From: Candidatus Latescibacterota bacterium
GTDB taxonomy: Bacteria > Latescibacterota > UBA2968 > UBA8231
NCBI GenBank assembly: GCA_965197905.1
Contig: CBDAOB010000003.1
Location: 768,001-832,000, forward strand
DNA: 64,000 bases
Direction of reading: 5' to 3'
Shown: positions 26,430 to 36,554 of the stretch, in pieces
How positions within the stretch are numbered: the stretch's first letter is position 1
Layout of the letters: every line of letters begins with the position of its first letter
The notes under the pieces: generated by a model
The model's database searches: none
What the model was told of the DNA's origin: nothing
What the model saw: the letters and a program-made list of their open reading frames with translations, nothing else
Position numbers and translations under genes: made by a program

Positions 26430-27317
26430 ATGCTGGAAATGACCGAGCGCGAGAAGTTCCTCTTCGACCTGCAGGGGTTCCTCCACATCAAAGGTTTTCT
26501 CACCGCCGAGGAGGTAAAGGCGCTCAACGATGCGGTGGATGCCAATGTCGTACCCATGGACGAGTACGAGTGGAAGGGACCCAGTACCTACGGTGGGGGC
26601 ATGGGCGGGGAGTACAGAATCCGCAGTGTGAGCGGGATGCTCACCTGGGACCAACCGTGGTGTCAGCCGTTCCGCGACCTGCTCGCCCATCCCAAGCTGA
26701 TTCCGTACATGAACTCGCTTTTCGGGCGCGGATGGCGCTGCGAGAGCGAGCCAGGTCTCATCATGGCTCGCAAAGGATGCGGCGGGCACGGCCTGCATGG
26801 GTTCACCAGCCGACAGCACGACGGATCCCAGCATTATACCTACGCCAACGGGCAGTTTCGCACCGGCATGTCGGTGATCCAATATCAGCTGCACGATATC
26901 GAAGAGGGGATGGGTGGGGTGACGGTGATGCCCGGAAGTCACAAGGCCAACTTCAAATGCCCGGAAGACATCATGCTCTACAACACCGACAAGGAGGTGG
27001 CGCGAAACATCGGGTGCAAGGCGGGTGACCTCGTAATTTTCATGGAGGCGACCATTCACGGATCACTGCCGTGGAAGTCGGATTGGGAGCGCCGATCGCT
27101 GCTATTTCGCTACAGTCCCAGGCACTTGGCCTTCGCCCCGGGGATCTACGAGACTGAGATGCCCGAGTGGTACGACGAGCTCACCGAGGTCCAGAAATCC
27201 GTGCTCGAGCCTCCGTACGTCTACAGCCGGCCGCTCATCGAGGACGACGTCGAAACTCTGGTCAGTCCCTCGAACGAGCCCAAGGACCACATCCCCCGCA
27301 AACGCCACGAGTATTAG
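26430..27317 (+). CDS. PhyH-like Fe(II)/2OG dioxygenase, non-canonical metal motif
   Basis: FLFDLQGFL, MPGSHKANF, AGDLVIFMEATIHGSLPW..RR; LHGF where HxD is expected. Confidence 0.85.
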   Translation: MLEMTEREKFLFDLQGFLHIKGFLTAEEVKALNDAVDANVVPMDEYEWKGPSTYGGGMGGEYRIRSVSGMLTWDQPWCQPFRDLLAHPKLIPYMNSLFGRGWRCESEPGLIMARKGCGGHGLHGFTSRQHDGSQHYTYANGQFRTGMSVIQYQLHDIEEGMGGVTVMPGSHKANFKCPEDIMLYNTDKEVARNIGCKAGDLVIFMEATIHGSLPWKSDWERRSLLFRYSPRHLAFAPGIYETEMPEWYDELTEVQKSVLEPPYVYSRPLIEDDVETLVSPSNEPKDHIPRKRHEY

Positions 27318-28792
27318 TGGCCCAATCCACAAAGCAGAAATACCCGAACATCGTCCTGATCGCGATTGATTCGCTGCGCGCCGATCACATGAGCTGCTAT
27401 GGGTATGATCGGCTGACGACACCGCATATCGATCGCTTCGCCCAGTCAGGCACGTTGTTCGAACGCACCTTTAGTGCCCACATCCCTACAACGAGCGCGT
27501 ACGCCTCCATGCTCACCGGCAAGGACTGCTTTGGCACCCAGGTGGTGGCGCTGCGCCACCAGGGGGGATTGCGCGCCGATATCAAGACCCTGCCAGAGAT
27601 ACTGCGCAAATCGGGGTACAGCTCAACCTGTGTCGGCTTTTCGGGCAATGCCGCTTCGCGCGGATTCGATACCTATCTCGAGTATCCGGCATGGGGTAGC
27701 TGGAGCGAAGGACGCAGTCCGAAGGCCCAGCTGTTGAACGACGTGGCGTTGCCGGAGCTGGATCGGCTTGCTTCGGGCAAGGATCCGTTTCTTCTCTTCC
27801 TGCGCCACATGGATCCCCACGCTCCATACCTGCCCCCGGAACCGTTTGAAAGACTCTTCTACCACGGCGACGAGTGCGATCCGAAGAACAGGTCGATGAA
27901 GCCGGTGATGTCTTTCAAGCCGTTCTGCGATTTCTTCGCCAAATGGATGCCGCCGGGGATCACCGACAAGGATTACGTCATAGCGCAGTACGACGGGGCC
28001 ATCGCCTATATGGACGCCTGTATACGGAACATCTTCAATGCCCTTGAGGCTTGTGGAATCCTCGATGACACCATCGTCATCCTCAATGGCGATCACGGCG
28101 AGACGCTCTACGATCACGAGTGCTGGTTCGACCATCACGGCATCTACGACGTGACCCTGCGCGTGCCGAGACGCTCTACGATCACGAGTGCTGGTTCGAC
28201 CATCACGGCATCTACGACGTGACCCTGCGCGTGCCATTGATTATCCGCTACCCGTCCCATTCCGGCGGGGAAGAGGATTGCCGGATACAACCAGCACAAG
28301 GATCTGGTGCCGACCATCCTCGAGCTGGCCGGCATCAAGAAACCCCGAGGCACCACTTTCGACGGCCAAAGCCTGATGCCGATGATCCGCGGCGAGGTGG
28401 CTTCCCACGAGAGTGAGTTCTACATCAGCGAGTGCACCTGGATGCGCAAACATGGTTGGCGCACCCCTCAGTGGAAGCTGATCGTGGCCCTGGAACGGGA
28501 CTTCCATTTCAAACCACCGGTAGAGCTGTACAACCTGGTCGAAGACCCTGACGAAAACCGAAACCTGGCGGAGGAGCATCCCGACGTCGTAAGGACGCTG
28601 AAGAAGAGGATGCGGGCGTGGATCTCGCTTCGGGAGGAGCAGACCGGGAAGAAGAACCCGATGTTGAGCCAGGGGGCTTGGCACGGCCACGAGAGGATTG
28701 GGGCGTTCAAAAACTCGCAGCAAGCCTACGATACCCTGCACATCGGCAATGCCGGTGAGGCGCAGAGACTGCAAGCAAAAGGCCGGAAGTAA
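27317..28792 (+). pseudogene. Sulfatase-like hydrolase (alkaline phosphatase superfamily), interrupted
   Basis: PNIVLIAIDSLRADHMSCYGY, DPHAPY, GDHGE, ELYNLVEDPDE. A 68-bp duplication (28100-28235) plus a small indel near 28258 leave stops at 28220 and 28238. GTG start overlaps the upstream TAG. Confidence 0.85.
28100..28235. repeat. 68-bp perfect tandem duplication
   Basis: GAGACGCTCTACGATCACGAG...CTGCGCGTGCC at 28100-28167 and 28168-28235. Confidence 0.95.
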
Positions 28793-28817
28793 GTCACGCG
28801 AAGGACGGTAGGATCAG

Positions 28818-29615
28818 GTGAGACTGGGGGCAAACACGGTACTGTTTGGCGGATACGACATGCAGACCGCGTTCAAACATCTGGCTATGGCGGGGTACGA
28901 CGGAGTTGAGCTGTCGGCGATCAGCAGCATGAGCGAGCATCTCGTACTAAGCCGCTGGCAGGAGATTGCACCGGAGGTTAAACGCCTCAGTAGCGAGTAC
29001 GGCCTTGAGCTCTTGGCTATGGAACAGCCGTCCCAGGATCCCCAAATCATGGAAGAGGCCTTCCGCGCCGCGGTTGAGACGGGGATTCCACTCGTGAACT
29101 GTGGCCCGGGTGGAAAGACTGGAGACGAGGAGAGTTTTCGGCATTCGATCGATTCTCTCGGGGGATTGGCGGCGATGGCCGAGAAATACGGCGTCACCCT
29201 ATGTGTAAAAGCGCACGTCGGTGCTTGTATTCACGACACCCCCACCACCCTGCGGGTGATGGCCGCGATCGATTCCCCCGCCTTCGGCATCGACATGGAT
29301 CCCTCTCACATCCACCGTGCGAACGAGAATCCGGTGGAGGCGATCGCGGCTGTAATCTCGCGGGTGAAACATGTGCACATTCGCGACTGCAAGGGGAAGC
29401 AGGCGGGACCGGGGAATCCGGAGGATCAGGCGAACGGGCGGGGAGACATCGATCTGGTGGGGTACGTCCGGGTGCTGCACGAAAACGGCTACGACGGACC
29501 CCTCGATCTGGAGGTGATCGGGGCCAAGGAGTACGCACTGGAACAATGCTGCGTTATCGCCGCCGAAACCCGCGGTCACATGCAGGCTTGTCTGCAGGCG
29601 TGCGGAGCGCGGTAG
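28818..29615 (+). CDS. Sugar phosphate isomerase/epimerase (xylose isomerase-like TIM barrel)
   Basis: AGYDGVEL, DMDPSH, HVHIRD, GRGDID, GYDGPLDLE. Confidence 0.88.
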   Translation: MRLGANTVLFGGYDMQTAFKHLAMAGYDGVELSAISSMSEHLVLSRWQEIAPEVKRLSSEYGLELLAMEQPSQDPQIMEEAFRAAVETGIPLVNCGPGGKTGDEESFRHSIDSLGGLAAMAEKYGVTLCVKAHVGACIHDTPTTLRVMAAIDSPAFGIDMDPSHIHRANENPVEAIAAVISRVKHVHIRDCKGKQAGPGNPEDQANGRGDIDLVGYVRVLHENGYDGPLDLEVIGAKEYALEQCCVIAAETRGHMQACLQACGAR

Positions 29616-29665
29616 TCATCTCCACACACCTGTCTTCCCACGCGATGCTAACGCGCCACGGCGGG

Positions 29666-30526
29666 TCAATCCCGCTCCCTCGAAAGCTCCTCCGCGGTAA
29701 TGAACCGGCCCTCAACTTGCCGGGCGGTAACGGCGGCAGCCTGCCGCAACGCCTCATCGATATCCGCACCTTCGTAGAGGTGGTAGGTCAAGTAGGTGGC
29801 GAAGAAGACGTCGCCGGCCCCTGTGGGATCGGCGACCTCGCCGACGTTGGCGGCGCGAAAATCGTAACGTTTCCCGGAACGGCTCTGTAACCAGCCACCT
29901 CTCTTGCCATCCGTGGTGAGCCATTGTTCGATACCGTACTCCTGCATCAGGGTCCCTACCTCGCGGCTGCAAAAATTCACCACAGCCTCGGTTTCGTCCC
30001 GCGAGGCGGTGACGATATCGGCCTGCTCGAGGGCAAACCGCACGTGCGGGGAGACTCCGGGTCGCACCTCGGTCCCCTCGAGCTGTCGAGTGTACCCCTG
30101 GATGTCCACGCTTACTCGATCCACACCCTGTAACACCTGTAACGCCTCCGGGTCGATGTCGAGTGGATGCAGCGGCCCCAGGTAGACATGGTCGACGCTG
30201 GAGGCGATCCCTGCCAGCTGCGAGGCCGAGATCGGTGTGGCACGCGAAAGCAGCTCCTGGCGTCGTTCGTCCCCGGTTACATGATTGACGAACTCGGTGG
30301 TGACCTCGCTGTCGCCGACCTCGACGGCGACTCCGGCATTTGTTAGCAGGTCCACCACGGCGCGGTCGCGAGCAGCGATATTTGTCAGGACGCCGACAGA
30401 AATCCTCAACCGCGCAAAGGTCAGTCCGGAGTAGACCACAACACCGCCCCACTTGAGGCGATTGACCTCACCAAGTACGACCCGATCTCGGGTAGCGGGT
30501 CCGATGACGGCCACCTGTGCATTCAA
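29666..30526 (-). CDS. PfkB family carbohydrate kinase
   Basis: DPTGAGDVF signature; N-terminal GPATRD..GG. Confidence 0.88.
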   Translation of the reverse strand: MNAQVAVIGPATRDRVVLGEVNRLKWGGVVVYSGLTFARLRISVGVLTNIAARDRAVVDLLTNAGVAVEVGDSEVTTEFVNHVTGDERRQELLSRATPISASQLAGIASSVDHVYLGPLHPLDIDPEALQVLQGVDRVSVDIQGYTRQLEGTEVRPGVSPHVRFALEQADIVTASRDETEAVVNFCSREVGTLMQEYGIEQWLTTDGKRGGWLQSRSGKRYDFRAANVGEVADPTGAGDVFFATYLTYHLYEGADIDEALRQAAAVTARQVEGRFITAEELSRERD

Positions 30527-30609
30527 CGCTCAGGTGCTCTTCTTTCCGACGGAGTTTGGTGCCACGGTTCCCCTAGCGCGGTCGAGCGTGAGCCAGGGAT
30601 CTCGATGCG

Positions 30610-32904
30610 TTAGAATTCCAGCTCGAAACCGCCGATAGGCAGGAGCTTCCACTGATCGATCCGATCCACTTCCCGATCCTCGTTGTCCCAGTAGTAGGTG
30701 AAAATATTGGCTCTATTGTAGGTATTCAACACGCTGAAAAACAGAACCAGATTGTAGCTGGCATAGTGACGACGATGGTCAAATCGAAGATCCAACCGGT
30801 GATAGGATTCGTAGCGCTTCGAGTTCACCAAATCCGGATCGATAATCCCGGTATTGAGGGCACTCGAGGTTTCCACGTCGAAGGGGGTGCGGGGTCTGCC
30901 CCCGGCATAGACCCAGCGCAGGCTGTACTCCCACCGGTCGGAAGGGCGGTAGCCGACGATCAGTGAGACCAGGTGCCGGTTGTCGAAATTGCGGTCCCGT
31001 TCTGTGCCCAGCAGATCGGTGTAACGTGAGCGGCTAAACGAATAACCGGCGGTTCCGTAGAGGGCCTGAGCCAGCTTTTTCTGCAGTAGGAGCTCGATGC
31101 CGTCGGACTTGGCCGTGCCGCCCCCGATGAGCCGACCGGGAACCGGGGAACCGAAGTCGGCATAGGCGTCCACCACCGAAATCGTCGGATCATCCGGGTC
31201 GTACGGCAGTTCGCGGTATTTCTTGCGGTAGGCCTCAACGGTGAGCTGCGTGCTGGTCGTTACCTGCCGATTGATCCCCATGACGAAATGATCGGCGCGC
31301 GGATTCTCCAGCCGTCGATTGTCGGGGTGCTGGACCAGGAGGGAGGGGGGCAGGTTCTGGTAATAGATGCCCCAGGCAGCATTCAGCGAAGTCAGGTCGT
31401 TCAGTTTGAAGCTGGCGGCCAATCGCGGGCTCCAATCTACTTCCTCGTTGTAATCGAAATAGTCCAAACGGGCGCCGGCCCGCAGCTGAACGCGCAAGGC
31501 CAACTCCTGCTTGAAGCCCACGTAGCCTCCCAGCTTCGTGGTGGAGACGTCGTTTTCGATCCTCAACTCTGGGATGACGACGTTGACGCGATTGGTATCC
31601 GCGGCGACGAAAAACTGGAAGTCCGACCCGATGCGTTTGATGTCGAATCCGCTCTCAACCGCCAGTCCCGGCTTCGGGCGGTAGAAGGATTTATTCCGCA
31701 GGGTGATCTCGCGTTCCCGAGAGTCGTTGTCAAAGAGCCGAACCCGGGTGGGGTTGTCATTCACCCTTATGCCGAAATCATTGGCAGTGAGCGCCAGTGA
31801 GGTTTCACTGTAGCCCGACTGGCTGAACAGCCACCGCCAATTGGCACCCGCCACAACCTGGTTGACGTCCTGCTTGAAGAAATCCTCGCCGTCGACCGCG
31901 TCGTCGGCATCCTTCGGTTTGAGCTCTATTAGATCGAAGCCGGCAACGCCCAGCAGGTCGAATTGGTGCCGATCATTGAAGTCATAGGAGAGCTTGCCCT
32001 GCCAGTCGCTGTAGACCGGAACGGCGCCGGTGCCGATGGCTCCTACCAACAGATCCAGATAGCTGCGACGAGCCGAACCGACCCAGGAGCCACGACCCCC
32101 GGAGAGAGGTCCCTCGACAATAAAACCAACCCCTGACATGCTCATGTTGAGCTCGGCATCGAACTCCTCGCGATTTCCGTCGCGCATGCGGATCTCCAAG
32201 ACCGAAGATAGCCGGTCGCCAAACTGGGCTCCGAATCCGCCGGCAGAAAACGTGGCGTCTTCGATCAAGTCGACGTTCAACAGACCTATGGGGCCTCCGG
32301 AGGCTCCCTGGGTTGGAAAGTGGTTGATGTTCGGTATTTCGATGTTGTCCACCAGAGTCAGGTTCTCGGTCGGACTCCCGCCGCGCACCACCAGATCGTT
32401 CCGCTGATCGTTGTTCATGTTGATGCTGGGCAGGGCTTGCACCAGGCGGGAGATATCTTGGGCAGATCCCGGCGAGCGGCGAATCTCCTCGAAATTGAAA
32501 TTCACCGCACTCACCTCGTCGGTCAGCTCCTCCGAGAAATAGCCCGCGGTAACGACCGTCTCCGCCAGTCCGAGCGCCCGTTCCTGCAGGCGGACCTCGA
32601 TGGCGGTAATGCGGTTTGAGCGCACCACAAGATCAGAGCGAATCTGCGCTTCGTAACCAATCATGGAGGCGCGCAGTTTGTAACTGCCCACGGGCAGACC
32701 GCTGAGAACGAATCGACCATCGTCGCCGGCAATCGAACCCGCCGTCGTGTCTACGAGAACGATGTTGGCGCCGGGCAGCGGCTGTCGCGTTTCGCCGTCG
32801 ATAACGATGCCTCGAATCGATCCGGTAAAGACCGTCTCTCCCGTCGCCAGCGCGTTAAAGACAAAAACACCAGTTGTGATAAGAAGCAGAAGTTGTTTAC
32901 GCAT
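30610..32904 (-). CDS. TonB-dependent receptor with carboxypeptidase-regulatory-like domain
   Basis: GSIRGIVIDGETRQPLPGANIV, VRGGSPTENL, GGFGAQFGDRLSSVL, C-terminal GFELEF; AAGGAGG RBS. Confidence 0.9.
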   Translation of the reverse strand: MRKQLLLLITTGVFVFNALATGETVFTGSIRGIVIDGETRQPLPGANIVLVDTTAGSIAGDDGRFVLSGLPVGSYKLRASMIGYEAQIRSDLVVRSNRITAIEVRLQERALGLAETVVTAGYFSEELTDEVSAVNFNFEEIRRSPGSAQDISRLVQALPSINMNNDQRNDLVVRGGSPTENLTLVDNIEIPNINHFPTQGASGGPIGLLNVDLIEDATFSAGGFGAQFGDRLSSVLEIRMRDGNREEFDAELNMSMSGVGFIVEGPLSGGRGSWVGSARRSYLDLLVGAIGTGAVPVYSDWQGKLSYDFNDRHQFDLLGVAGFDLIELKPKDADDAVDGEDFFKQDVNQVVAGANWRWLFSQSGYSETSLALTANDFGIRVNDNPTRVRLFDNDSREREITLRNKSFYRPKPGLAVESGFDIKRIGSDFQFFVAADTNRVNVVIPELRIENDVSTTKLGGYVGFKQELALRVQLRAGARLDYFDYNEEVDWSPRLAASFKLNDLTSLNAAWGIYYQNLPPSLLVQHPDNRRLENPRADHFVMGINRQVTTSTQLTVEAYRKKYRELPYDPDDPTISVVDAYADFGSPVPGRLIGGGTAKSDGIELLLQKKLAQALYGTAGYSFSRSRYTDLLGTERDRNFDNRHLVSLIVGYRPSDRWEYSLRWVYAGGRPRTPFDVETSSALNTGIIDPDLVNSKRYESYHRLDLRFDHRRHYASYNLVLFFSVLNTYNRANIFTYYWDNEDREVDRIDQWKLLPIGGFELEF

Positions 32905-32955
32905 GTTAACCTCCTTGGCGCAGTTCGATACAGGGGCGATTTGATAGACCGCCGA

Positions 32956-33555
32956 TTAGTTTGCCGAGTTCAATGAGCTGGGGTCAGCGAGTCCGCGACA
33001 GAAGCGCTGGCACGAACGGTTGTACAGGTCCCTGAAGGTATCGGTGTCGTCGCCGAATTTTCCGGTAAAATAAAGCGTCACCAGGCCATGGGAATGGGCC
33101 CACGTGGTAAGCGCTACCTCGGTCGGATCGTCCCGCCGCAACAGTCCGGCTTGCATGCATTCCGCTATGCGATCCACCAGGAACTGAAAGGTCGCCGAGC
33201 GCCGCGCCTCGAGATCGGTGCAGTCGCCGATGTCATGTCGCGCCGAAGACATAAAAAGGGTTTCGTAGTACCGCGGATGCTCGAGGGCAAAACGCAGATA
33301 CTCTTGACCCGACTGTTGAAATCGCTCCCAGGGGGTGTCGGCGGCGAGGGAACGGTTCAGGTAACTGGCGAAGACATCGAGGCCCTGCTCGATCACCTGC
33401 GTGAGGATCTCCTCTTTGTTCGCGAAGTGTCGGTAGAGGGCAGTGGCCGTGACGCCGATGCGCCCGGCGAGGGTTCGCATGGTGAGGGCATCGATCCCAC
33501 CTTCCAGATAGACCTCTCGGGCAGCGGTGAGAATGTCGGCGCGGGAAGTATTCAT
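32956..33555 (-). CDS. TetR/AcrR family transcriptional regulator (WHG-type C-domain)
   Basis: LTMRTLAGRIGVTATALYRHFANKEE; WAHSHGLVTL. Start placed at ATG 33555. Confidence 0.9.
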   Translation of the reverse strand: MNTSRADILTAAREVYLEGGIDALTMRTLAGRIGVTATALYRHFANKEEILTQVIEQGLDVFASYLNRSLAADTPWERFQQSGQEYLRFALEHPRYYETLFMSSARHDIGDCTDLEARRSATFQFLVDRIAECMQAGLLRRDDPTEVALTTWAHSHGLVTLYFTGKFGDDTDTFRDLYNRSCQRFCRGLADPSSLNSAN

Positions 33556-33571
33556 GTTAACAAGTGTAAAC
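33556..33571. promoter_or_regulatory. Palindromic TetR-type operator overlapping the tetR -10 element
   Basis: GTTAACA-AG-TGTAAAC imperfect palindrome. Minus-strand TTGCGA-16-TACACT ends 7 nt before the ATG. Confidence 0.65.
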
Positions 33572-33754
33572 AAATAGGTCGAAATCGCAAATGGGGTGCC
33601 CAAATAGGACCGGGTGGAGCAGTGACTCGCTAACGACCGGGCGTCGCGGAACAATTGCGGCCGGAGCGCGGTTCCTGGACCCCCACCAGCAGCATCATAG
33701 CTTCTCGGGGCATGTCTTTGGCAGACTGGGCATTTTCCACCCAAGGAGGAATTC

Positions 33755-34540
33755 ATGACTACAATGGCAGGATACAAACCCGGAACATTCTGTTGGGTAG
33801 ATTTGGCCACCACCGACGCAGATGGCGCAAAGGCGTTCTATGGCACGCTTTTCGGTTGGGAGGTGGTCGACATCCCAATTGGGGACGAGGATTTCTACTC
33901 GATGCTGAAACAGAACGACAGGAAGGTCTGCGCCCTCTACAAAATGCGTCCAGAGATGATGGAGCACGGGGTTCCGCCGCACTGGGATAGTTATGTTTCC
34001 GTAGAGAGTGCGGACGATGCCGCGTCCAAGGTGGCCGACCTCGGCGGCTCCGTCGTCATGGAACCGTTCGATGTTATGGAAGACGGTCGTATGGCCGTGA
34101 TTCAAGATCCGGCAGGCGCTACCTTCTCCGTTTGGCAACCCAAGGAGAGCTTCGGCGCAGAGCTCGTCAACGAGCCGAATAGTCTCTGCTGGAACGAGCT
34201 TTTCACGAACGACCTAAATGCAGGCTCAGCCTTTTATACCGGCGTCTTCGGGTGGTCGCCGGAAACGATGGAAATGCCAACCGGCGACTACGTCATTTTC
34301 AAGAATAGCGACCAAAACAATGCCGGAATGATGGCCATTCAGGAGGAATGGGGCGATGTGCCACCCCACTGGAGTGTCTATTTCGCGGTAGAGGATTGCG
34401 ACGCCACCATCGAGCAGGCACAAAAGCTAGGAGCAGATGTAATCTCTGGGCCGACAGAGATGGGCGTGGGCAAGTTCGCGACTCTTCAGGATCCCCCGGG
34501 CGCTCACTTTTCAGTCATTCAACTGGCTGATCCGGATTGA
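33755..34540 (+). CDS. Two-domain VOC family protein (Cfp30B/glyoxalase-like)
   Basis: PGTFCWVDLAT..AKAFYGTLFGW repeated as CWNELFT..AFYTGVFGW; DPAGATF. Confidence 0.9.
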   Translation: MTTMAGYKPGTFCWVDLATTDADGAKAFYGTLFGWEVVDIPIGDEDFYSMLKQNDRKVCALYKMRPEMMEHGVPPHWDSYVSVESADDAASKVADLGGSVVMEPFDVMEDGRMAVIQDPAGATFSVWQPKESFGAELVNEPNSLCWNELFTNDLNAGSAFYTGVFGWSPETMEMPTGDYVIFKNSDQNNAGMMAIQEEWGDVPPHWSVYFAVEDCDATIEQAQKLGADVISGPTEMGVGKFATLQDPPGAHFSVIQLADPD

Positions 34541-34546
34541 AACCTA

Positions 34547-35209
34547 ATGAGCAGCCGAAACAACTACATCCCCGAGACCGTGTACGACTACATCCTGGAA
34601 AACACGTTACGGGACAACCCGCGATACCAGGCTCTCCGGGACGAGACCCGAGATCTTCCGGATGCCGTCATGCAGATCTCGCCTGACCAGGGCCAGCTCA
34701 TGGCTTTGCTGATCAAGCTGATCGGTGCGAAAGCGGCCATCGAGGTGGGCACCTACACGGGATACAGCTCCATGGTGGTTGCCGCAGCCCTACCCGCGGA
34801 CGGCAGGTTGGTTGCATGCGATATCGATCCGAAGATGCCCGCCATAGGTCGGCGCCACTGGGAGCGCAGCGGTTTGGCCGACAAGATCGATCTCCGCATC
34901 GGTCCGGCATCCGAAACCCTCGACGCCATGATTGCCGCGGGCGAAGCAGGTAGCTACGACTTCGCTTTCATCGATGCAGATAAGGACAGTTACGGCCAAT
35001 ATTACGAGCAATGCCTGGAGCTTGTCCGCCAGCGAGGTTTGATTCTGATCGACAATGTACTGTGGGGTGGGCGGACGGCGGATCCCGCAAACAATGATGA
35101 ATCGACGGTTGCGATTCGAACCTTGACGAAACAGATGCAGGCAGATGAACGGGTGGACTTTTCGCTTATTCCGGTGGGGGACGGCCTGTCCTTGGCGGTC
35201 AAGCGCTGA
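34547..35209 (+). CDS. Class I SAM-dependent O-methyltransferase (caffeoyl-CoA OMT-like)
   Basis: MQISPDQG, EVGTYTGYS, DFAFIDADK, DNVLWGG, PVGDGL. Confidence 0.92.
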   Translation: MSSRNNYIPETVYDYILENTLRDNPRYQALRDETRDLPDAVMQISPDQGQLMALLIKLIGAKAAIEVGTYTGYSSMVVAAALPADGRLVACDIDPKMPAIGRRHWERSGLADKIDLRIGPASETLDAMIAAGEAGSYDFAFIDADKDSYGQYYEQCLELVRQRGLILIDNVLWGGRTADPANNDESTVAIRTLTKQMQADERVDFSLIPVGDGLSLAVKR

Positions 35210-35228
35210 TCACTGCGTTAGACGATCG

Positions 35229-36383
35229 TTAGGCACGGTTCGCTCCATCAATGCCCAACAAACGGGCGCAGGTACCGCCCATCATGAGTCCAATCTCTTC
35301 GTTGCTCAGCCCAGTTGCCTTGGCGCACGGTAACTCGAGCCACTTGCGGGACTGCCGATAGGTACAAAATCGATTTTGAAAAGGCATATCGGTGCCCCAT
35401 AAGAGATGCCCGGCCCCGATGTGCTCCACCATCGCTCCGAGAGCGGGCCAGACCTCGCGGTACGGATAGTCGAATAGGTCTCCGATCCGCACGGGAAAAC
35501 AGACTTCCAGATTGCAATTCTCCCCCCGGAACGGCTCCCATAACTCGTCGGGAAGTTCGAAGTTTCCGTTGTCGTCGAGAAAGGTGCGCCACGGAAAACC
35601 GTGGGTCAGGCTGCAGACAACATCTGGATAACGCTCCATCCAGCGCATGAGGATGGTCTGCTCGTCTAGATAGCCGCGACGCTGCTCCGCTTTGCTTCGC
35701 TCGTGCCTGCCGAAATCGTCCGGACCGGTGCCCAGAGTGAAGAAGACGGGCACGCCAAGCTGGACCACTGCCTCCCAGAATCGCCGGTAAGGTCCGTCGT
35801 CCCATGGTTCGCCGCTGGTCAAATAGCAGAGAGGCGGGATGAATTTGATGGCGTGCAGGTGGTGCTCCTCGATGGCCCGAACCGTTTCTGTGATTACCTC
35901 ATCCGTTTCCCCGATGATACGCCACTCATCCACTGGAGCCATTGAGTAAAACCGGCCTGGGAACGCCTGCACGATTTCGCCCAGGAAGGAACTGTCGCGG
36001 ACCAGCATGGGGTCGGTGTGCATCAGTGCGGCATCGATGCCGGCGTAGTGCATCTCTCAATCGAGGCTGTGCGGCGTCGACTCGCAGTTCGTCTGGTTTG
36101 GCGGCAGGAAGTATTTGGTATACTCTCGCCCTTCCCAACTCCATGCCACACGACCTCTCTCTTTGTCGAGACCAAAATCCACATCGGGCAACTTGTGGGC
36201 TTGGAAGGACCCATCGGGGTCAAGAATCTCAGATGGTCCATCAGCGCCGTCCGGAATGCGCATGGTGGGCTGATGATGGGAGGCGTGGCACATCTGCGCC
36301 CACTTGAGGTGTTCCTCGGGCGACGAGTAGCCGCGCGCACTGTCCAGCGCCTCGAAACAGTATAGATGGGAGTCGATAATCAT
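35229..36383 (-). pseudogene. Amidohydrolase_2 family protein with an in-frame TGA
   Basis: N-terminal IIDSHLY and C-terminal LLWGTDMPF. ORFs 36057-36443 and 35229-36053 share a frame, separated by TGA (36057-36059) and one GAG codon. Confidence 0.75.
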
Positions 36384-36554
36384 GACTAGGCTGGGCTTGG
36401 ACGCATCACAATTCCGAGGCAGTTGTAGGCCGTTTGATGTCATATCCGCCGGCCTCTAAATTGCAGTGCGCGCTGTACGAGCTGACCCACACAGCGATCA
36501 TTCCAAAAAGTTCATCAAGCTAAGAAGGATTGGCCGGTCTATCCACCTGCGACC

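Noticed and set aside
28100..28235. 68-bp (and 28-bp at 18173) direct repeats as mini-CRISPR or att sites
   Set aside because: They are head-to-tail two-copy duplications of coding sequence with no spacer.
33556..33813. 86-aa N-terminal extension of TetR in the ORF track
   Set aside because: It overlaps the divergent VOC gene and the operator; the HTH begins right after ATG 33555.
36057..36059. Selenocysteine codon
   Set aside because: The position is not a recognisable catalytic Cys site of amidohydrolases. The downstream palindrome CGGCATCGATGCCG is not a convincing SECIS.
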